Shown here: piece after piece, positions 41,297 to 55,850 of the stretch | Position numbering within the stretch: position 1 is the first letter of the stretch | Layout: every line of letters begins with the position of its first letter | NCBI GenBank assembly: GCA_964016885.1 | Contig: OZ024743.1 | Span: 172,794,001-172,858,000 of the forward strand | Source of the DNA: Eledone cirrhosa | Taxonomy: Eukaryota | Reading direction: 5' to 3' | Length of the DNA stretch: 64,000 bases | Program-made: the position numbers and the translations under genes | The notes under the pieces: model-generated | The model's input: the letters and a program-made list of their open reading frames with translations, nothing else | Told to the model about the DNA's origin: nothing | The model's database searches: none

Positions 41297-41440
41297 TGTA
41301 TATTAATTTGAGTATGTATTGGTTCATCACCGAAATATATATAACATCGACTATGAATAAACAAAGTAAATGTTAACCTGTTGACTTACACTTCTTGTTT
41401 ATATATTACTAGTTGACTTACACTTCTTGTTTATATATTA

Positions 41441-41480
41441 CTAGCTGACCCCGTAGCGTCAAAAATGACGGCTAATTGTA
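41441..41480 (-). mobile_element. Helitron 3' terminus (extent of element unclear)
   Basis: Minus: CCGTCAtttttTGACGctacggggtcagCTAG|T, a hairpin followed by CTAG. Confidence 0.5.
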
Positions 41481-41964
41481 ATAAGTATACATAATATAAA
41501 AAAAGAGATGTTTTTTTGTTAGTTGGTTGCTTGCTAGCTTGCTTGCTTGCTTGCTTGCTTCGCTCTCACAAGTGATACAAACATACAAACACACAGTCAA
41601 TGTGTGTAGCTAAATCGCTACAGATACATACACGCAGCTGTGACAAATCTTAGAACACTGGACTTCTATAGTTTCTCACACACATACCCCTCCTTCCTCA
41701 GTCATCACATAGATGTGTGTATGTAATGATTATTTTTTCTAAGTGTGTCTATTTATATATATGTGTGTAGATTCGTGTGTGTTTGTAATTCTGTTGTCCA
41801 TGTATCTTTGTAAATAAACACACACAAACACATATACACTAACACAAATATTATATATGAATATAATTTACACAAACACACATGTACACTCACACACACA
41901 ATCATAACAGCCAATGTGTATAGCCAATTTGCTATACATATAGATACACATAGATGTAGCAAAT

Positions 41965-43560
41965 ATTGGACGCTGCCAGCCCCTCCTTCCTAAGTCGACG
42001 TTATCACCCCTTCCTTTATCAGTCAACGTTATCACCTCTTCCTTTATCAGTCGACGTCATCACCTCTTCCTTTATCAGTCACCGAGAAAGGAAGAGGTGA
42101 TAACGAGATAAAGAGTTGAGTGTTGCTGTTAATGGCAGTAGTGCAACCAACAAAGAACAAGGTCAGACCAGTGCTGGACTTTCCTGAACTGAACGAACAC
42201 ATGTCATGCCACACAGGCAGTGAGGTCACAGATGTCTGTGGGGAAACCTTGCAAGAGTGGAGACGAATGACGGGGCACTCCATGATTGTTGACTTAAAGT
42301 CAGCATATCTGCAGCTACACATAGCTGAGAAACTGGAAGTATCAGCAGGTCAGGTATACGGGCCAAAATTACTGCCTGACCAGGCTTGAGTTCGGCTTGA
42401 ATTCTGCACCAAAAATCTTGGCGATGGTTCTCAAGGGCATTCTAGGGATGGTGGACAAGGGGAAGAGGGCCACCAACTCCGACATCTTGGTAGATGAGAC
42501 TGTGGTATCAGCAGCAGAGGTCTCAAGCCACTTAGAAAGACTCAAGCTGCAAAGACACAAGATGAGCACACTGGTATTTTGGAGGGGAAATTAAGTCCCA
42601 GAACAGGAACCTGACATGGATAGATGAGAACTCTTCTCAATGTGTGGGAAATTGGTAGGCCACTATCCAGGGTGGCTCAAAAAAGCATGCAGCTATGTCA
42701 AGAGATAAGCGAATGGATTGAGCTGGGGAGACAGAGAAGGAGAGAGGACGGTGGCCATGATGCGGGAGATTGTGGAGAGGGTAAAGGTGGATGACCCAGT
42801 CAGAGGAAGCTGGTACATCCTCAAATCGGAGAGCAGGACCATATGGTGTCATGCCAGCAGCATAGTGCTAGGAGTCACTTTGGAAATAGGGGGTGTCAAG
42901 GTCGAGGATGCAGCCTGGTTCAGAAAGAAAGAGGATTGCAACCACGTCAATATGGCTGAACTGGACGTCGTGCTGAGGGGAGTGAATCTCGCTCTGCACC
43001 ATAGAGATTCACACTGACTCAGCGAGTTAGATCAGTGCTCACCAGTGAGAGAAGGGTGCAAACGAGAGGGGTGGCAGAAATGGTAATAAAGCACTCCCTG
43101 GAAACTCTGGGAGAGCTGGCTGCTGAGTTCAGCCTGAAGTTGAGTGTGGTCTTTGTACCCTCGGAGAAAAATAAGGCGGACATCTTAACCAAGGTGAATG
43201 AAGCCTGGCTGGAAGCACCAGGTGGATGGTGGACTTTGACATGGAGTAATGTAATGGGGTGTTTGATCCTGGAGATCAGAAGGGTATGTGGGGCTGTCAA
43301 GAAGAGACTGCCAGAAGTTGGGGGACATCTTACTAGAAGCGAAGGACAATTGATGTCAGATCAGGGTTCGGGGCGTATTATTGATTGCCTCTTTTACCTC
43401 AGGTCATGGTCGAGTGTGGATGTGTTTTGCGAACATGTGCAAGAGAGGTTCTGTAATCTTCAGTCGGATATAAGTCACGTGGATGTCAACACAGTGAACA
43501 ATGGACAATTCAGTCTGGATAAATTGGAGATGAAAGGTAGGTCCGATCGCTTTCAAATTA
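41965..43560 (+). mobile_element. Decayed Gypsy-like pol (RT, RNase H, integrase remnants)
   Basis: KVRPVLDF.ELN, VDLKSAYLQLH, FGLNSAPKI, WC(H)ASS...EDAAW...N(M)AELD, FVPSEKNKADILT. Confidence 0.8.
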
Positions 43561-43569
43561 TAGGTGGAA

Positions 43570-44100
43570 TCACATGGATGGATCTAAGATGTGGTCCTTC
43601 GTTACTTGCCCTTGCACACCTCTCCTATGGGACATCCAGAATACTCATGGCTGTTGACAACAAATTAACTTATCTCCCATATGTTCAGCAGGGTAACCCA
43701 CTTGGCCCACACCTATTTGCTCTGGCTATCAACGACATTGTGTATTCAGTCTACTTGTACTTCAATGACTGGTATCTGGTGACACAATTCTGGGTGGATT
43801 GGTTGAGTCTGTTGTTGAGTATCTTCAGCAAGTCATCCCATCCTTTAAGCTTCTAGGACTTAAGATCACCCTATCCAAGTCTGAGGTCGTAAATGTAAGC
43901 TACAGCGTAGCAGCATTCCAAGAAGCTGTTCTCAACATCCAGCCCATCCTGTCTGGGGTTAATGCTGAAAGATGTTGTCTGCATTTCTGGCTCTCCAATC
44001 TTCCCAAAAGCCATATGAGAATGCCTGGAGATAAAGTATGTAGACTTGATGAGAATGATGGATAGATTGTGTCAAATTGACTCTCACCAGGAGCTCTCCT
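43570..44100 (+). pseudogene. CRE-like RT fragment
   Basis: VQQGNPLGPHLFALAINDIV...NDWYL, GLKITLSKSEV. Confidence 0.65.
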
Positions 44101-44759
44101 CCCATATTCCTCTTCAAGTTTCTAGCTTCTAGTTTCTATCTCCCTGAACCTTTTTCACTCTATCTACTATGCTTTCAGAGCACCCATCTGTTCTGTCAAT
44201 AAGGTCATATATGTAACAAAAGTTGTCAATTTCATCCAGAAATTTGATCTATTTCATATATTCTCTTACTGTTAACTATTCATATGCATCCATAGTTTAC
44301 ACCAGATACACTGTAGAAAATTTTTGCCTACTTTTTTTCTGCATATTGAGCAAGGTCTGGTTTCATTCCTATTTACTAAAACTTGAGTCTTCGCCAAGTT
44401 TATTTTAAGGCTTCTAAATTATAGGTTTTGTTTTCTTGTCTAAAATTTCTTCTCTAAATCTACAGAATCAGCTATGAGAACTATTTGATCAGCACACAGT
44501 TCTCGTGGACTGCCAGAGAACTGTAATGAATAGGAGGGATATGTGAACCAAGCCCTGATGGTATTTGTTCCAGCTCTCTGCAAATCCCACCAAGGTCAAC
44601 TTTGCCATTCATCTTTTCATGGTTGATAAAAAAAAGTTCTAATCAAGTCATGGGGTCGTTTCTTCCTCTATATCTCTTTCCCACTTCTCTCTATCACATT
44701 CTCTAAGGAAATTAGCTGTGTTCAGTCAGACCTAGAGAGAGAATGGGTTCCTTCTTCCT

Positions 44760-47700
44760 TCTTTGCTCTTGCTCGATAGGACTGGGGTCATTTTAGGTCA
44801 GCAATCCCAGAGGCATCATCATGCATAGAGCTGACCAGATCCACCATGCCTTCCATCACTGGCAATCTCATGCTAGCCCCTCTGCATCCCCCAAGGTGAC
44901 ATCGAGTCTCTGGAGATCTTTCTTAATCACATCCAGCCATCTGGTGTAGGGCCTACAGCAGGGCCCCTTCTAGGCTGCAGCCGCTGCATCGAACAAGAAT
45001 AAGGCCCTGGTAGGATGATCTGGTGAGAATCAGAGAACATGTCTGTACCAGCACATGTGACAGATGACTATGGGGCAAGAGGCGTGCATACATGCACGCA
45101 GCTCTTTGCTGCAAACTTGGTAGTACCATATGATGCTCTCGATAGTCTTCAGGGATCTGCTATCAAAGTCATCAATCCTTATGAGGGGCCATGTTTCTGC
45201 TCCATAGAGGAGAATGGAGAGGACTGACATGTAGACATGATGCATTATAAATACAGATGCATTGTAGATATGAGGCTTGTAAATACAGAGATTACATAGG
45301 GAGTGCATGACTCCAGCAGCCAGACCTCATCTGTGATTGATCTCCAGGATAAGATCTCCATTGTTGGTGATTGTGGAGCCCAGGTAAATGCAGGAGCTGA
45401 TAAACTCCAGTATGTGGGAGACTCTGGGCCATTGCTGACATGCTGGTCTTCACCCAGTTCACTTGAAGGCCAAGCTTTGCTGATTCCTCTTGGTATATGG
45501 TCAGTACAACCCTAAGCTAATCGATCGAGTTGCTGAATAGAGTGGTGTCGTTTGCATACTCCAGGACTTCTTCTTCGCCCACATATTCCTGAGAGGGTTG
45601 TGGGGGAAGAGCCCCCAAACACTCCTTCCAGCAGCTCCTGTCAGAAGCAACCATCTCCAAGTAATCTGGCTGGATCCCCAAGTGTGACCAGCCAAGCTCA
45701 TGGATGTTATCCAACAATCTTGCTTGGGGTTACTCCTGGGTCTTCTGTCGGTTGGTTTTGCCCGTAAAATCTGTCCAGCGATTCTTTCCTGAGACATACT
45801 AACCACATGTCTATAGTATTGGATCTGTGATTTCTCAATTTGGAGAAGTAGTGGCTCTATCTGGGGTGACTCTCTGATCTCTGAGTTATACATTTTATTG
45901 AGTAACATTACTCCAAGGACCCTTCAGAGGAATCCCATTTCGGCCACTTGTATTCACAATTATATTCTTTTGGTCATTACCCAAGTTTCATAACCAGGAC
46001 AATAAGGTAATAATTCCTGAAGGTAATACCAGAAGCTTGCTCACAGACCTTGGTCATCAGATAGTCAATGATACAGTTGAAGAGGTTGAGCAGCCACATA
46101 GCCCTGTCTGACCCCACTATTGATGGGGAACCAGTCAGAGTCTTTCCTGTTCACCCGCAAGCCGATCTTAGCACTGCTATAAAGCCATTAGAACAGGGTG
46201 GTGATCTTAGGGGGTGCATTGATGTGCTTGAGAATTTTCCAGAGAGATGTGTGATTGACGGTGTTGGAAGCTGCCTTGAGGTTGACAAAGGTGACATACA
46301 TGCTGTGATATTTGCGTAACTCTCGAGATCCTTCAATAATGTGACGGAGAACAGAAATTATAAATTTGGCATGAATCCAGCTTGCAGTGGGCAATGTCTG
46401 CTTCTAATGGTGGGAAGAGCATGGCTGAGGAAGATATTGGTGAAGAGTTTGCTTGGGATGGAGTGGAGGGTGGTTGCTGCAGACGAGTTTGTCACCTTTC
46501 CGTTTCCAGAAGGGGAGGATGATGCCCTAGATCCAGTCATTTGGGAGCAGCTCTGACATCCATACATGGTTGATGATGTGGGTGAGCCACTGAATCATTT
46601 TATCTCTGCCTTTCACATCTCCGTAGTGATAGTGCAGGTTCCAGGGCCTTTGTGGTTGTTGAGCTTCTTCAGGGGAGCTCAGACTTCATCAGGACTGACA
46701 GGATCAATCCTGCAAGTGTTGTTGGTACAGCTGTGTCTGTGGTGATGGTTAGGCAGGGATCAATTGGGACGGGCGTGTGATGTAGAAGAAGGCTGAAGTG
46801 TTCCTTTCAGCATTCAAGGCAGGCGGTTTCTATGGTGATGATGTTGCCATTGGTATCCTTCACCAGGGCTGTCTTGGTTTAAGGCCTGGCATGGGCTCTA
46901 TGGAGTGTGTTGAATACCTGAATGAGGTTGTTCCTTGCCGCTGCCTCCAGGCACTTAGCTTCTTCCACCCAAAACTTCTGGTCTTCTGTGAAAGCCTTGT
47001 TACGTATCTGGTTAAACCAGCAGTATTCATTCAAGTCATATAGGCGAGCCGTGCAGCAACAGTTATCTCCAGGGATGTTTGGGAAGAGGTCTTGAGTTTA
47101 CCAGGATGTTACACACAAATTGGTTTACGTTTGATTTAAAGATCTCCCAGTTGTCGGTCTCAGCCAGAGCACTGAAGTGATTGGTGATGGAGCACACAAA
47201 TGTAGAGGTGATGTTGGAATCACAGAGACAAGATGAGTCAAGGTGGGGCTGGTACTTGGTGGCAGGGTCTGCCTGCAACATCAACTTCGCTGTTTCAGCC
47301 AGCAATCGATGGTATTGCTGGGTTGAGCTCCTCTGTAGTCCTGGTAGTTGGTGACAAACAACCTCCAGTGATGGGAGATGATGATGTGGTCGATTGCCTT
47401 CCATGTGTAGCCGTCCAGACTGTACCAGGACCAGTGATGGATGAGTTTATGGGGGTACTAGATGTCGGAGATACAGCGATTGTTGTAGCAGCACAGGAGC
47501 AGCACTCTATTTCTGGTGTCATTGATGAATGGGTCAGCGAATGTTGTGCTAATGGGCTGAGTCTGCAATGGGTCGGTTGGAGGGAGCTTGGCAGAAGAGG
47601 AGATGTTGGTATCCATCAGTATGATTGAGATGTCATAGGGTGGGATTTACCCTAAAACCTCTTGGAGCTGGTCATAGTAGTCATTCTTGACAGTCTCCTC

Positions 47701-48000
47701 TCAAATGTCTCTAGGGGCACAGGCAATGATGATAGTCATCTCTTGCCAGTGGAGAAAATGGGTGGACAGCAAACGGTCGATCACCAGGTTCCAGCTTATG
47801 AGGAGCATGCGGACGTGTTTGGGCATGGCCTTTGCCATGTTACAAAGGCCTGTCCAGTCCTCAGATCCACTCCAGATGAGGCATTGGTCTCCCACAATGA
47901 ATTTTCTGCTGCCAGGCCAGTGTGTCTCACAGAGTCATGCCAGTGTGATGTTGTAATAGGATAACTCTCAGAACAACAGAGTGGTTGCCCTAGGGCAAAG
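44760..48000 (-). mobile_element. Heavily decayed RTE-clade LINE(s) (APE and RT remnants)
   Basis: QAGFMPN, FVNLKAA, SILLYGAETWPL, APE-like IIACAP, and a nested RTE fragment at ~45540-46000. Confidence 0.75.
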
Positions 48001-49228
48001 AAGCATCCCTACAACTCCATTAAAAGTTATGGGTTCACACATACATGTATATGTGTTTATGTCCCATAACTTAGCGAGTTGAGAAAAAATATATCTATAT
48101 CTGACTGAAAAAGTCTGTGCCCCAGCACGGCCCCAGTCTAATGACTGAAATCAATAAAAGGATAAAAAAAATAAAATAAGGAAGATAGTAGTGGAAACTA
48201 TCTTGATTAGATATATAAAAGAGCAGCATATAATTCTTGTCCTCAATAGACAAGAAACAAGCAAATCAACTGAGTGTTTTGAACAACAAATAACTGTACA
48301 GATGACCTTTGGTATCAATATCTATTTTTTAAATGTGGAGCCTCTTGACCTACTAGAAATAGTAGTCAAATCTCCTTCAAATCACTCAGTGATATTTTAA
48401 GTGAGAAATGACAAATCAATCTAGTAGGTATAGAAAACAAGACAGATTTGTCATGACTCGAGTGCCATTGACTGTGTGGTGTTCTAGACCAGTGCTGTAC
48501 TAGGGCCAAACAACAACAATAATCCCTAAAATTACATTCTGCCATCTTGTAAAAAGGGAACAAAGTAGTCCTAAGAGAGAAAATCAAGATGGTCATAGCT
48601 GGAATATAGTTGATCATAGATCTACTATGTCAAGGTTGTATTGGGGTGAAACAACAACAGCGCTGAAGTAGAAATTAATATAGAACAGTAGAAGACCATA
48701 CATACCAATTCGAAATCACAAGCTAAGGTGGTAACATCTATGTGACTGCTCATCAATGATAGAAATAACAGCAAAATCTTCAAATCACATTCTACTGGGG
48801 TTTTTTAATTTGCTATAGCTTAGTCTGAAAAAGAAGTGCCGTACTTATGTTGTTTTTTTCAGGGCCTTTGTGACTTGTGAGAGCAGGGAAGGAAATTATC
48901 TTCAGACAGGAAACCTTGTTGAAATGTTTGCATTTATAACCGGAAAGTGATGTCAACCTAGGTACCAAATGAATTGGATTCCATAGTTTCACTCATAGGA
49001 TATTAAGCTCTCAACCTGTGGCCATAGTAGAAAACACTTGCCCAATGTGCTGTACAAAGGATTTCCCCTTAAAAACACATAGTTGTTAAGCAACCTTCTT
49101 AACCACACAGCTATATCTGCACCCATATACTATGATAGCCTCATGTTAGAGGAAGGACACATTTAATAACATATGGACATAGCTGGAAAATCTGGAAAAT
49201 GCTTGACCAGAACTAACATCAGGCTAAG

Positions 49229-49396
49229 CATAATTGTTTCTATTTTTGGCACAAGGCCAGCAATTATTCCAGTGCATTACTGGTGCTTTATTTTATCGAC
49301 CCCATAGGGATGAAAGGCAAAGTTAACCTCGACGGAATTTGAACTCAGACCATAAAAGGCCGTAACTGCAAAGCATAGCATCCAATCTACTGCCCA
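49229..49396 (-). mobile_element. tRNA-derived SINE, older copy
   Basis: Same family as 34581-34772, more diverged. Confidence 0.8.
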
Positions 49397-49404
49397 GGCT
49401 ATGC

Positions 49405-49593
49405 AATAATTGTTTCTACTTTAGGCACAAGGCCAGCAATTACCCAGTGCATTACTGGTACTTTATTTTATCGACCCTGTAAGGATGAAAGGCAAAGTCA
49501 ACCTCGGCGGGATTTGAACTCAGATCATAAAGGGACGTAACTATGCTGGAAAGCATGGCGTCCGACCCTCTACCGATACTGCCAATCCACCGC
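49405..49593 (-). mobile_element. tRNA-derived SINE
   Basis: Same family, 14-bp TSD ggctatgcaataat (49397-49410 and 49594-49607). Confidence 0.9.
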
Positions 49594-49797
49594 GGCTATG
49601 CAATAATACCATCAATTTATGCATGAAGTGTTGAACACTGTCAACACTTCCAGGGCCTCTACGAGAAATTGAACATACAAGCAAGACAAGGTCACCTGAC
49701 CAGTTTAGCTTCAAAACATGTCAATCCAGCTAACCCATGCAAACATGGAAAAAAGACATTAAACAGTGATAATGGTGATGATGATGAAGATGGTATA

Positions 49798-49831
<34 letters not shown>

Positions 49832-49989
49832 ACGAAGGAAGTGTGGTAAGGAACCAGGTGGACCATAACGCACCAGAGTACTCGATACTTTGGGTAGTAA
49901 AGTGGGTAATAGGACAACTAAGGCTTGAGCTCTGCCGCCGGGGTTCTGACTCTTTTCCTATATATATAGCAGGTAACCCTGCTCAATAC

Positions 49990-50610
49990 ATAGAAAAGAA
50001 GTAGGCATAAACTCTATACAATGTACACAATGTAAATCTTGAGATATAGTGGAATATCAGGGAGACTAACAGGAAGGGAAGATTCTGTATGTAAAAGATG
50101 CACAGGGGTAATCGAAGGGAAGTGCATCAAGAATATAAACCTTTTTTGATCACATGAAATATCCATAGAAGTGGTTGATAGCTTCTGCTATTTGGGGGAC
50201 CTAATTAGCAATGGACGAGGGTGCTCTGAGAGCACAATAGCTAGAATAAGGATAAGATGGAAGAAGTTTAGAGAGCTACTCCCACTTTTGACAACAAAAG
50301 GTTTCTCCTTACATACAAAAAGATGACTGCATGATGTCTGCGTGTGAAGTGCGATGCTGCATGGTAGTGAGGATATGTGGAGGCTGGAGAGAAATGAAGC
50401 AACCATGCTTCATTGGATGTGAAATCTAAGTGAACGAGAAAGGCAGAGCTTGGATGAACTGAGGGAGAAACTGGGTTTAAGAGGAATCCAAAGTGGTGTG
50501 CAAGAGAGAAGACTATGTTGGTACAGACACGTGATACGCATGGATGATGATCACTGGGTGAAGAAGCACCAAGAAATCCCAGTAGAAAGAAGCTCCAGTA
50601 GAGGTAGACC
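49990..50610 (+). mobile_element. RTE LINE 3' fragment
   Basis: FCYLGD, WKKFRELLPLL, QERRLCWY.HV.RMDD, RGRP. Confidence 0.8.
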
Positions 50611-50719
50611 ATCATCATCACCGTTTTACGCCCATTCTTCCACGCTAGCATGGGTTAGACCACATATATATATATATAGAGGTAGACCATATATATATAT
50701 ATAGTGGTAGAACACTGGG

Positions 50720-51700
50720 AGGTTATATCTGTAGTAAGTAGACCACTCAGTCCATAGGACGAGTTCAGTACAAATTTGCAAACCATTTTCGAGGACATGT
50801 GTTTCACCTTGCTGATTTTCAACTCAAGTGATGGCTCATAGCCAAAAAAATGGAAGTCTATATGAAGTTGGCCTTAAGGTCGTTGAGAAGGGGACAACTC
50901 AAGTTAGACTGATGAAAGGGAGACAACTGAGATCATCCTGGATAAAATTAGCCTGGGTCCATTCTGGATGAAATTAGTCTGGGTCCTTGTAGTTACATAA
51001 TAAGTACTTGGCGGTGTGCCGTCAACGATTATAGAAATCTGATCTTGTATTTAGACAAGTACTGTTATGTAATCTCTGCAGGATATTTATTCGTTCCTCG
51101 ATGACAGCCCACAAGATAAATTCCCATTTCTGTATGGCCTAGATTTGGACAGAACTTTCCATTGAAGTAAGTCTGAGTGAGCATATGTTGCTTGCGAGCT
51201 TTATGGACAATCATTTATTCGAGTGTCTAAACGGTGTTTGATGGTTAAGGAAGCATTCTTTAAACTGGCCCTCCATGATACCTACATGTCAAAACCTCCT
51301 GTTGTTGGTTTGGTCAGGTGGATGTAACTTCAGTTTCATAAACTAAAGCGAGTGTGTTGCACTGTTGTTGGCTTCTGGCTTTCTGCAAGAACATTCAGAT
51401 GGAGTTTAGCTCTTGGGGTTGGTGGTGATGAAGGCTTTCATATTTTTAGCACAGGAATAGCCGAGTTTCACCCTGTGTCTATTGAAGAGAGGTCGATATT
51501 TATGACCTGTGGGGAAGTGCTTATCTAAGAGTGCTAAGAATTTCCTACCTACATTGGTTCTAATACTGAGGGAGAAGGATGGGCAGAACCTAATTACTTT
51601 TTTTAATTTTGACTTCTTTTCCTACTGGTCGTGGGGTTCGCAGGGGAGCAAGAAATTGTGTCAGATAAGCCACTGTTGGTTAGTTTCACAACAGTTAGCA
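50720..51700 (-). mobile_element. Decayed PLE fragment with inverted copies at 51772-51860 and 52382-52691
   Basis: Minus translation PSFSLSIRTNVGRKFLALLDKHFPTGHKYRPLFNRHRVKLGYSCAKNM, then YVG...FK...NHQTPF. 51165-51475 is the reverse complement of 52382-52691. Confidence 0.8.
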
Positions 51701-52699
51701 TTGAATCAATGAAAAGTTCTATCCAAATCTAGGCCATACAGAAATGGGATTTGTCTAGTGGACTGTGCATCAAGGAACGAATAAATATCCTGCAGAGATT
51801 ACGTAACAGTACTTGTCTAAATACAAGATCAGATTTCTATAATCACTGCCTGCACACCGCCATCCAGTTCCACACTGTAAATGTGGTCCAGCATCTGTAA
51901 AAATTCAACCAAACATGGTCTGCTATGAGCAAGATACGCCACAGGAAAACGAACAATGATGATGATACTTATATATACATACATATATATATCATCATCA
52001 TCATCGTTTAATGTCTATCTTCCACGTGAGCATGAGTTAGATGGGAGTTGTCCCACTTGAGGCAAGGTTGGTCGGGTGATCATGTCTCGCTCGTATAGGA
52101 CTGTCTGGCAGGTTTTCTACAGCTGGATGCTCTTCCTAACACCAGCCACGTTTACAGTGTGGACTGGGAGCTTTTTACCGTGTTACCTACACGGCCACAT
52201 TACAGCGTGGACTGTGTGTTTTTTGTTGTGACACCTACACAACCTCATTAGTTTGGGCTGGATGTTGTGGTACCAACATAACTTTATAGAGAAAGGGTGG
52301 TGTTGGCGGGAGTGGAAGGATGGAGTAGGGGTAGTGGGTTGGGGTGTATGTTTGGTTTGGAGGGGTCAACTGACTGTAGTAAGGGTGAAACTCGGCTATT
52401 CCTGTGCTAAAAATATGAAAGCCTTCATCACCACCAACCCCAAGAGCTAAACTCCATCTGAATGTTCTTGCAGAAAGCCAGAAGCCAACAACAGTGCAAC
52501 ACACTCGCTTTAGTTTATGAAACTGAAGTTACATCCACCTGACCAAACCAACAACAGGAGGTTTTGACATGTAGGTATCATGGAGGGCCGGTTTAAAGAA
52601 TGCTTCCTTAACCATCAAACACCGTTTAGACACTCGAATAAATGATTGTCCATAAAGCTCGCAAGCAACATATGCTCACTCAAACTTACTTTGCACGTA

Positions 52700-54740
52700 G
52701 GAAAGGCGGGTCTTCTGTATTACTGCGTGGCGACAAAGATCTCAATCCTGTGACATTGTTTTAGAGAATTGCAAGTGTGCAAAGTCAGCTTTTATCACCC
52801 AGGTCTTTCTGGGTCTACCTACTCCGTAGCTTACATCAATTTTGATCGCCCTGCACTTTTTTATACAGCTGTTGTCTTTCATGCGCATCACGTGACCACC
52901 AACGTAATCTTCTCTCAAGTAAACAGCATCTGATCCCTCTTATTCCTAATTTCTCACTTCGTTCATTTATGTTTTGCCGTTATATTACTATTACACATCC
53001 AATGGAGTATGCATGCTTCATTCCTTTCCAGTCTATGCACTTCCTCTGCACACAATGCCCGTGTCTCACTGCCATGAAACATTGCTGTTTGTATACAGGC
53101 ATCATACAATCTGCCTTTCATTTTTAGAGAGAAATCTTTTGTGGTCAAAAGCGGTATAACCTTTCTGAACTTTTCCAATCCTGTTCTAACTCTGTCTATA
53201 TACACATATATATATATATCATCATCATCATTATCATTATTTTCATGTCTGCTTTTCCATACTTGCATGGGTTGGACAGGTCCTTCTCAGCATGGCATCT
53301 CTCTACTTGCTATCTCCTCTGCCAGTTTGAGCTATTTGAGGTCAACTCTCACAACCTCTGCTTAGGTCTTTCTTGGTCGTCCTCTACTGTGGCTTCCTTC
53401 CACTTGGATTTCCTGGCAATTCTTCACCCATCTGTTATTGTCCATGTGCATCACATGTCCAACGTAGTCTTCTCTCCTGCACACCCGCTTGGATTCCTCT
53501 TAAATCCAGCTTCTTCCTCTGCTCGCCCAAGCTCTGCTTTTCTTTCACACTTACATTGCACATCCAAAGAAGCATGGTTGCTTTATTTCTCTCCCACCTA
53601 CACGTCCTCTACAGTTACATCTCATGTTTCACTACCATGCAGCATCGCACTTAGCACACAGGCATCATACAGTTGTCCTTTTGTATGTAGAGGGAAACCT
53701 TTTGTGGTCAACAGAGGGAGTAGCTCTCTGACCTTTTTCCATCCTATCTTTATTCTAGCTATTATACTCTCAGCACCCATCTCCACTGTTAATTAGGTCA
53801 CCTAGATAACAGAAGCTATCGACCATATCTATGGATCTTACCTGTGATTGGAAAAGTTTTATATCATTGGCATTCTTCCCTTCAATTACTCCTGTGCATC
53901 TACATACAAGGTTCTCCCTTCCTATTAGCCTACTTATTATCCCACTACACCTTTTGTATATCCAAGATTTACATTGTGTATAGAGTTTATGCCTACTCCT
54001 TATCTACATATTGAGCAGTGCCACTTTCCTGAGAGAATCTGGGTCATATCTTCTTTCCTACTCACTAGTACTTTAGTTTTGGCTAAGTTTACTCTCAGAT
54101 CTTTTGATTCCAAATTTAGTTTTCATAATCAGAATTTATTTTCTAGTTCCTTTTTGGTTTCAGCTATAAGGACCAAATGATCTGCATAGAGAAGTTCCCA
54201 TGGGCAGCCCATTTTAAATTCCTCTGTTATGGCCTGATGAACTATGCTGAACAACAGTGGGCTAAAAACTGAACCTTGATGAACCTGTACATTGAATTCC
54301 TCACTAAACTCATTTTCTACTCTCACTTTAAAGACAGCTTCACTGTATATAACTTGCACTGCTCTCATAAGCCATTCTTCAACACCTAATTTCCTTAAGG
54401 ACCATCAGATAATAGATTGAGGTACTCTGTCAAAGGCCTTGACTAAATCAACAAAAGCTAAATATAGTGACTTGTTTTTGTCTAGGAACTTCTCTTGTAG
54501 TTGTCTCACTAAGAAGAGGGCATCTGTAGTACTTTTCCCTGGCATGAAACCAAACTGCATCTCATCTATTTTGACACTTTCCCTTATTAACTGCGCTATA
54601 ACACTTTCTGTCACTTTCATAACTTGGTGCATTAGTTTTATTCCTCTTTGGTTGCTCCTTTCTGGAGATTACCTTTACCCTTATAGCAATTTATGATTGT
54701 ATTGCTGCATTCCTTGATTTACTATGTGGATTACTAGCCG
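52700..54740 (-). mobile_element. Two adjacent RTE LINE fragments
   Basis: QFGFMPGKSTTDA, FVDLVKAFDRVP, HQGSVFSPLLF, LLYAD, HGSET, and an internal (GAT)n tail near 53220. Confidence 0.85.
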
Positions 54741-55131
54741 TGGTATTGTTCACAAAGAAATGTTACCTCCAGGACAGACAGTTAAGTGCACCTCCTCCAA
54801 AAATGTCTTGGAACAACTTTCAAAAGGCACATTGTAGGAGATTGGGTACTGCTTACACAGCACTTTCGATTAAAGAATTTCTGGCAAAGAAAAGTTAAAA
54901 TTGAAGTTAAAGGGTCATCATTTTGGGACTGTGGAAAACATACAAAAAATTGTAATCAGCAAGCTTAGGGCACTCACAGAAATTGACAATAAATGGAAAA
55001 AAACGTTGGAACCACTGTGTGACTTCACAAGGGTCGTATTTTGAAGGAGATAACTTGTAATTTCATGTACGTCAAAATATAACATGTACGTCTAAATATA
55101 ACATCAGTACACTTACTTGTGGGACAAATCT

Positions 55132-55135
<4 letters not shown>
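54725..55135 (+). mobile_element. Mariner (Tc1/mariner) transposase remnant
   Basis: Manual translation RGIVHKEMLPPGQTV and C-terminal WKKRWNHCVTSQGSYFEGD*, ending at (TA)n. Confidence 0.7.
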
Positions 55136-55169
<34 letters not shown>

Positions 55170-55244
55170 TACATATATATACATCATTGGTATGGACACG
55201 TGATGCATATATATATATATATATGCATACATATACATATATAC

Positions 55245-55850
55245 ATCATTGGTATGTGATGCTTATGAAGGATGACAGCTGTATTAAAAGGTGCAGAGCA
55301 ATCAAAGTTGATGGTAACCATGGAGTAGGTAGGCCTAGGAAGACTTGGGATGAGGTAATAAGAGCTGACTTTGCTCAATTACACCTCACTAAGGCAATGA
55401 CACAGGACCGTGACCTCTGGCACTTTGAAGTATCACAGAAGACCCGCCCCCTATTATTCTCCAGCTGAGGCATATATCCAGTAGGTAACACCATTCCCTA
55501 CCATCTCCCCTATACCTATGTCCCGAAGCACCCCCCCCCCCCACAAGTTTCCAACTTCCCCTTGGAGCCACAACAAAAGAGTCCAGCCCACACTATAGTG
55601 GTCATGTAGGTGTCATGACAAAAGTGAGCGCCCAGTCCACCAGTAAAGTGGTAGTGTAGGTGTCACAACAAAAAGCACCCAGTCCACACTGTAAATGTAG
55701 TTGGTGTTAGGAAGGGCATCCAGCCATAGAAACCAAGCCTGAAACGGTTCTGTATAAGCAAGACATGATCACCTGACCCAACTTGCCTCAAACCCGTCTA
55801 ACCCATGATAGCATGGAAAAATGGACGTTAAATGATGATGATGATGATAA
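55245..55850 (+). mobile_element. RTE LINE 3' end and 3' UTR with (GAT)n tail
   Basis: GRPRKTWDEVI...DRDLW, then ACCCATGATAGCATGGAAAAATGGACGTTAAATGATGATG. Confidence 0.8.

Noticed and set aside
48860-48965. Possible host exon (polypyrimidine-AG ... GT)
   Set aside because: Stops in all three frames and no recognisable protein.
50785-50850. Possible hammerhead of the 50.7-51.7 kb PLE
   Set aside because: The core reads CTATGA and stem I is poor, too degenerate to call.
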